Positions 59,125 to 64,000 of a stretch of DNA of 64,000 nt are shown one piece after another. This DNA is from Candidatus Omnitrophota bacterium (GTDB lineage: Bacteria > Omnitrophota > Gorgyraeia > B26-G9): contig JAHITY010000118.1 of the NCBI GenBank assembly GCA_018817165.1, positions 6,526 to 70,525 on the forward strand, written 5' to 3'. Positions within the stretch are counted from its first letter, which is position 1; the number at the start of each line of letters is the position of its first letter. The position numbers were made by a program, and so were the translations under genes. The notes beneath the pieces are model-generated. The model was not told where the DNA came from. It worked only from the letters and a program-made list of their open reading frames with translations, and ran no database searches.

Positions 59125-59928
59125 ATGAAGATCTTAATGATCGGTGATATTGTGGGAGACCCTGGCAGACAGGTTGTGCGCCAGAGTATTCCTATTTTAA
59201 AACAGCGAGAAGGCATTGATTTTGTGATTGCTAATGGCGAGAATTCTGCCGGTGGTTCTGGGATAACTACCCGGATCTACACGGAGCTGGTTAAAGCGGG
59301 TGTAGATGTTTTAACTTCCGGCGATCATATTTTTAAAAAAAAAGAGATTATGGAGTTTATTGATTTCCAAGATCGCTTATTAAGACCAGCAAATTATCCG
59401 CCGGGGGTTGCCGGTAAAGGATTTACGATTATTAAAGCGAATAATGGTATTAAGGTGGGAGTGGTTAATTTAAACGGCAGGGTTTTTATGGAAGCTTTGG
59501 ACTGTCCATTTCGCTGCGCGTCTGAGATTATTCAGGAAATAAAAAAACAAACTAATATTATCTTTGTAGATATACATGCCGAAGCTACCAGTGAAAAAGT
59601 GGCTATGGGTTGGCATTTAAACGGAAAGGTAAGTGCTGTTTTGGGTACGCATACGCATATCCAAACCGCTGATCAGCGCATTTTGCCGGAGTTTGAGCAT
59701 ACTGCTTATATAACTGATGTGGGGATGACTGGCTCCGTTGATTCGGTAATCGGGAGAAAAGTTGATCAGGTTTTACATCGTTTTTTAACTCACACGCCTA
59801 CTCGGTTTGAGGTCGAAGATAAAAATGTACAGCTCCAAGGAGTAATTGTTGAGCTTGATTCAGATACGGGCAAAGCATTATCAATAAAACGTGTTTGTGA
59901 AAAGCTTATGGTTGAAGATTTAAATTAA
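59125..59928 (+). CDS. ymdB: YmdB-family metallophosphoesterase
   Basis: GDIVG, NGENSAGG, RPANYP, DIHAEATSEK, GTHTH, TDVGMTG; adjacent to rny. Confidence 0.95.
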   Translation: MKILMIGDIVGDPGRQVVRQSIPILKQREGIDFVIANGENSAGGSGITTRIYTELVKAGVDVLTSGDHIFKKKEIMEFIDFQDRLLRPANYPPGVAGKGFTIIKANNGIKVGVVNLNGRVFMEALDCPFRCASEIIQEIKKQTNIIFVDIHAEATSEKVAMGWHLNGKVSAVLGTHTHIQTADQRILPEFEHTAYITDVGMTGSVDSVIGRKVDQVLHRFLTHTPTRFEVEDKNVQLQGVIVELDSDTGKALSIKRVCEKLMVEDLN

Positions 59929-59952
59929 ATAAGATGGCTTATAAAAATGTAT

Positions 59953-60004
59953 AATGTAAAATTAGCAATTTAAGCTTTAGATAATTGCTAATTTTACATT
60001 TTTT
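59953..60004 (+). terminator. 18-bp perfect AT-rich inverted repeat plus T-tract (terminator or operator)
   Basis: AATGTAAAATTAGCAATT-N12-AATTGCTAATTTTACATT-TTTT. Confidence 0.5.
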
Positions 60005-60020
60005 CACAAAAAGGTAATTC

Positions 60021-60857
60021 ATGTCACATAGAATAATAAATAATGAGTTTTTGAATCAGCAGGTGTTTAGGCTTACAGTAGAAGCTGCGGATATTGCTGC
60101 CAAAATTAAGCCAGGTCAGTTTATTATTCTTAGGCTTGATGAAAAGGCAGAGAGGATTCCTTTGACAGTATCGCAAGCTAATCCGCAACAAGGTTATATT
60201 CAGCTTATTATTCAAAAAATAGGAACAAGTACTATCCGGTTGTCTGAACTTAAACCAGGCGATATTATTCAAGATATGATTGGTCCATTAGGACAACCCA
60301 CGGAGATTAAAAATTACGGTAAGGTTATTTGTATTGCCGGGGGAGTGGGAATTGCCGAGATATATCCGTTAGCTGCTGCTTTGAAAAATGCCGGAAATAC
60401 TTTGTCTTCGATTATCGGAGCACGGAATAAAGATTTGCTTATGCTAGAGCAGGAAATCAAACAACTTAGTTCTTGTTTTTATTCCGTGACTGATGATGGT
60501 TCAGCTGGCGCCAAAGGTAATGTGGGAGATATTTTAAAAAAACTGTTAACTGAACAGTCTTATGATATTGTTTTTGCTGTTGGCCCGGTAGCGATGATGA
60601 AAGCCATTGCCGAGCTTACAAAAAAGTATAAATTAAAGACGATTGTTAGTCTTAATTCAATTATGGTTGACGGTACCGGAATGTGCGGCTCTTGTCGGGT
60701 GAGTATAGCTGGAAAAACTAAATTTGTTTGTGTTGATGGTCCTGATTTTGATGCGCACTTGGTTGATTTTGCAGAATTGGCAATGCGGCAAAAAAGATTT
60801 ACTAAGCAGGAAAAGCATTGTTTGCCGGAAAATAAGGAGCATAAAGCATGTCACTAA
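60021..60857 (+). CDS. nfnA: NfnA / sulfide dehydrogenase beta-like subunit (FAD, 2Fe-2S)
   Basis: PGQFIILR...ERIPLT, GPLG, AGGVG, MVDGTGMCGSCR...CVDGP. Confidence 0.9.
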   Translation: MSHRIINNEFLNQQVFRLTVEAADIAAKIKPGQFIILRLDEKAERIPLTVSQANPQQGYIQLIIQKIGTSTIRLSELKPGDIIQDMIGPLGQPTEIKNYGKVICIAGGVGIAEIYPLAAALKNAGNTLSSIIGARNKDLLMLEQEIKQLSSCFYSVTDDGSAGAKGNVGDILKKLLTEQSYDIVFAVGPVAMMKAIAELTKKYKLKTIVSLNSIMVDGTGMCGSCRVSIAGKTKFVCVDGPDFDAHLVDFAELAMRQKRFTKQEKHCLPENKEHKACH

Positions 60858-62236
60858 ACATAGTCCGGCAACCCATGCCTTCACAGGATCCGGAGAGCCG
60901 GATTAAGAATTTTGATGAAGTTGCTCTGGGTTATACTTTAGAGCAGGCATTAGAGGAATCAAAAAGATGTCTTAATTGTAAAAATGCGGCTTGTATAAAG
61001 GGCTGTCCTGTGCAGATCAATATCCGGGATTTTGTTCAATCAATAAAAACAAAAGATTTTCTTAATGCTTACAAAATTCTTAAATCAGCTAATAATCTTC
61101 CGGGAATTTGCGGTAGAGTATGTCCGCAGGAAACTCAGTGTGAGCAGGCTTGTGTTTTGGCTAAACAGGGAAACCCTATCGCAATCGGGCGTTTGGAACG
61201 GTTTGTGGCTGATTGGGCTATAGAAAATAATATTACTGATTTAAAATTAGATCTTAAAAAAAATATTTCCCCGAAAGTGGCAATTATTGGTTCAGGACCG
61301 GCTGGGCTTACTTGTGCCGCAGATTTGGCTAAAGCAGGATTTAAGGTGACAATTTTTGAAGGATTGCATGCTGCGGGAGGAGTATTACGTTATGGGATTC
61401 CGGAGTTCAGGATGCCTAAGAAAATTTTAGACCATGAAATTAATTTAATAAAAAGTTTGGGAGTAGAAATAAGCATTAACGTAGTGGTGGGTAAAACTAA
61501 AACTATTGATGATTTGCGTAAACAAGGATTCAAGGCGTTTTTTATTTCTACTGGCGCGGGATTACCTTATTTTCTGGAAATTCCCGGGGAAAATCTTAAT
61601 GGCGTATATTCGGCAAATGAATTCCTCACTCGGATTAATTTGATGAAAGCTTATAAGTTCCCGGAATACGAAACTCCGATATCAATAGGCGAAAAAGTTT
61701 GTGTGATTGGGGCCGGGAATGTAGCAATCGATTGTGCCAGAGCAGCGCTGCGTTTAGGCGCAAAAAAAGTTATTGTAGTATATCGGAGAAGTCAAACGGA
61801 GATGCCGGCAAGGGATGAGGAAATTATAAATGCTAAAGAAGAGGGTATAGAATTCGAATTGCTTACATCGCCGCTTAAAATTATCGGGGATGCTCAAGGC
61901 AATGTTATTGCTATGGAATGTCAAAAAAACCAATTAGCGGAGGTTGATGCTTCAGGGCGAAAAAGTCCTGTGCCGGTTCTGGGTTCAGAATTTACAATTA
62001 AAACTCAGACAGTTATCTGCGCTATTGGTCAAGGGCCAAATCCTTTATTAATCAGCAATTTACCCGAACTTAATTTGAATTCTCGAGGGAATATTATTGT
62101 TGATGAAAATATGCAGACAAACCTTATGGGAGTTTTTGCCGGCGGAGATATTGTTACTGGCGCGGCAACAGTGATCTTGGCAATGGGCGCTGGGAAAAAA
62201 GCAGCATTAGCTATTGGCCAATATCTAAAAAAATAA
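60848..62236 (+). CDS. nfnB: NfnB / GltD-like NADPH oxidoreductase
   Basis: RCLNC...C..GCP, CGRVCPQETQC, GSGPAGL, YGIPEFR, GAGNVAID, FAGGD. Confidence 0.9.
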   Translation: MSLNIVRQPMPSQDPESRIKNFDEVALGYTLEQALEESKRCLNCKNAACIKGCPVQINIRDFVQSIKTKDFLNAYKILKSANNLPGICGRVCPQETQCEQACVLAKQGNPIAIGRLERFVADWAIENNITDLKLDLKKNISPKVAIIGSGPAGLTCAADLAKAGFKVTIFEGLHAAGGVLRYGIPEFRMPKKILDHEINLIKSLGVEISINVVVGKTKTIDDLRKQGFKAFFISTGAGLPYFLEIPGENLNGVYSANEFLTRINLMKAYKFPEYETPISIGEKVCVIGAGNVAIDCARAALRLGAKKVIVVYRRSQTEMPARDEEIINAKEEGIEFELLTSPLKIIGDAQGNVIAMECQKNQLAEVDASGRKSPVPVLGSEFTIKTQTVICAIGQGPNPLLISNLPELNLNSRGNIIVDENMQTNLMGVFAGGDIVTGAATVILAMGAGKKAALAIGQYLKK

Positions 62237-62294
62237 ATTGTTTATATTTATTTTCCTATTATTTAGTTACCAAATATTAGATAATAATACTTTG

Positions 62295-62323
62295 TTGACA
62301 ATAAGCCTAATTTTTGATAAATC
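62295..62323 (+). promoter_or_regulatory. Possible promoter of the V/A-ATPase operon
   Basis: TTGACA-N17-TAAATC with TGn. Confidence 0.4.
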
Positions 62324-62557
62324 TTATATATTGTGTTAAAATAAAGATTACAATAATATTAGAAATTTAGAGTAGCTTCTTGATGAATCCTCAATAATTA
62401 TTATTGCCATAGATAAAGTAGACATGGAACTAGAAAACATTTTTATTAGTTTTTGTTTTTTAGTATGACTTTTTTTTTTAAACCACAGACATCTGCCATT
62501 TAAAACTAAGAGTTTAATTTTTTGAAAGATATCTTACAAAAACAAAAGAGGTGAACA

Positions 62558-63181
62558 ATGACTGACAAATTAGAGAGATTGACCAAACAGATTTATGATG
62601 AAGGGATTGCCAAAGCGAATCAGCAGGCTACGGAAATAATCAAGGCAGCCGAAGATGAAAAAAGAAAAATCCTCCGATCAGCTAGAAAAGAAGCAGAAGA
62701 CATTATTGCTGTGGCTCATAAAGAATCTGATGAATTAAAAAATATGGTTAACTCTGAAATGCGTATGGCAACTCAGCAGTCATTAGCGCTGCTCAGACAA
62801 AAAATTACGGAGCTTATCGCGGTTACTGTAACCAAAGGAGCGGTTGAGGGTTTTTTAGATGATCCTAATTTTTTAAAGAAAATTCTTGAGATTGTTATGA
62901 AAGAGTGGCTGGGATCAGGTTGTAAACAAGGCCAGGAATTTTATTTAAAACTATCGAAAAAAGTTCAGGTAGATATTGAGAACTATTTTTTTGCTGCTGG
63001 TAAGCAATCCATGGATAAGGGTTTAAAAATCGAGTTTGACGATAAAATAAAAAGCGGTTTTGTGATCAGTCCGAAAGACGGAAGTTACCGGATTGGTTTT
63101 ACCGAAGATGATTTTAAAGCGCTTATTCAGCATTTTCTCCGGCCGAGAATGAAACAATTTCTTTTTGGAGATGGTAAATGA
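62558..63181 (+). CDS. V/A-type ATP synthase subunit E
   Basis: KLERLTKQIYDEGI.KA...A..II, GFVISPKDGSYRI.FT, LRPR...LF. Confidence 0.88.
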   Translation: MTDKLERLTKQIYDEGIAKANQQATEIIKAAEDEKRKILRSARKEAEDIIAVAHKESDELKNMVNSEMRMATQQSLALLRQKITELIAVTVTKGAVEGFLDDPNFLKKILEIVMKEWLGSGCKQGQEFYLKLSKKVQVDIENYFFAAGKQSMDKGLKIEFDDKIKSGFVISPKDGSYRIGFTEDDFKALIQHFLRPRMKQFLFGDGK

Positions 63182-64000
63182 GTAATTATTATTATTATTT
63201 AGTTTCTTCTTTACCTGAGCTAAGATTAGATGATTATAAAGAGCCTTATCGGGTAAATGAGTTTATTGAAGAACTTTATGCTAATCTTGAGCTTGAACAT
63301 TGCGGATATGTCCAAGATATTTTATACATGAATGATAATCCGAATATTATTGATATTGTGACTGACAGTGAAAATACCTGGCTGGATGCAAAGGGAAATT
63401 GGACCTTTGATGAAATAAAAGCATTTTTCGATAATCCGGAAACTTTGGATCCTAAGCAAAACGCCTATATCTTGGAATTTATAAACGCTTTAGGCGGTTT
63501 TAAAAAAGAAGACAAAAAAATAAATCGTTTTCAAGCTGAGAATTTGCTTTTAACTAGGTTTTATACAAAGATGATGAATCACGAAAATTCTTTTATTAAA
63601 GAGTATTTTACTTTTGATTTTCAACTAAGGAATGTCTTGCTGGCAATTAATAAAAGAAAGTTTAATCAGGATAAAATTAATTTATTAGAAGTAGATGAAG
63701 ATGAAGTCGTGCAAACACTCCAAAAGTCTACGGCTAATGATTTTAACTTATCAATGAATCTTGAATATATGCAGCCATTATTAGCGGCTTTTGAGAAAGA
63801 TGATATATTATTTAGAGAAAAACTGATTGACCAGTTGCGCTGGGCAAAAATAGATCAAATTAATACTTTTGCTTATTTTAAAGTTGATGTTTTGTTGGGT
63901 TATTTAATTAAATTGATAATGGTTGAACGCTGGCTGGCGATGGGTGCTGCCCGCGGTCAGGAAGCTTTTTTGAAGATTTCTGAAATTGACCCTAAACTTT
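63178..64000 (+). CDS. V/A-type ATPase subunit C-like (DUF2764), 3'-partial
   Basis: ATGA overlap with subunit E; MSNYYYFLVSSLPEL, later REKLIDQLRW and YLIKLIMVERW; open to the window end. Confidence 0.8.
   Translation, partial: MSNYYYYLVSSLPELRLDDYKEPYRVNEFIEELYANLELEHCGYVQDILYMNDNPNIIDIVTDSENTWLDAKGNWTFDEIKAFFDNPETLDPKQNAYILEFINALGGFKKEDKKINRFQAENLLLTRFYTKMMNHENSFIKEYFTFDFQLRNVLLAINKRKFNQDKINLLEVDEDEVVQTLQKSTANDFNLSMNLEYMQPLLAAFEKDDILFREKLIDQLRWAKIDQINTFAYFKVDVLLGYLIKLIMVERWLAMGAARGQEAFLKISEIDPKL

Noticed and set aside
59992-60009. Rex operator upstream of nfnA
   Set aside because: Only the right half-site (TTCACAA) matches; the left half does not.
62428-62479. Attenuator or riboswitch in the V/A-ATPase leader
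   Set aside because: Only a weak AT-rich stem (ACTAGAAAACA/TGTTTTTTAGT) near a T-run; no aptamer motif recognised.

Overview
AT-rich bacterial window; every credible gene is on the + strand. Gene content suggests a PVC-superphylum organism, probably Candidatus Omnitrophota (inference). In order: (1) the 3' part of a giant membrane-anchored protein with at least 14 PNGGE Ig-like repeats; (2) a divergent F-type ATPase cluster (epsilon, c, b-delta, alpha, gamma, beta) with no subunit a; (3) a T2SS-like cluster with a GspE-PilZ fusion, a second PilZ protein and a zincin; (4) pgk-pilin-tpiA and a type IV pilus cluster (PilB, PilT, PilB, PilC, PilMN, two accessory proteins, secretin); (5) housekeeping genes polA to rnhB; (6) two large signal-peptide proteins carrying normally cytoplasmic enzyme folds (YvcK plus HAD, and RelA/SpoT) that share a post-signal NFLSPxLxIxxPxF motif; (7) fau, rny, ymdB, nfnAB and the start of a V/A-type ATPase operon. 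Intergenic DNA holds two dispersed structured repeat families (one with clear covariation and conserved TC/TC, i.e. GA/GA, internal loops), a G-rich heptamer array and other short repeats. No rRNA, tRNA, CRISPR array or transposase was seen. Best candidate for a novel system: an adhesin, a-less ATPase and T2SS module, with tagged secreted enzyme-fold proteins as possible cargo. All calls come from reading motifs by eye; no searches were run.
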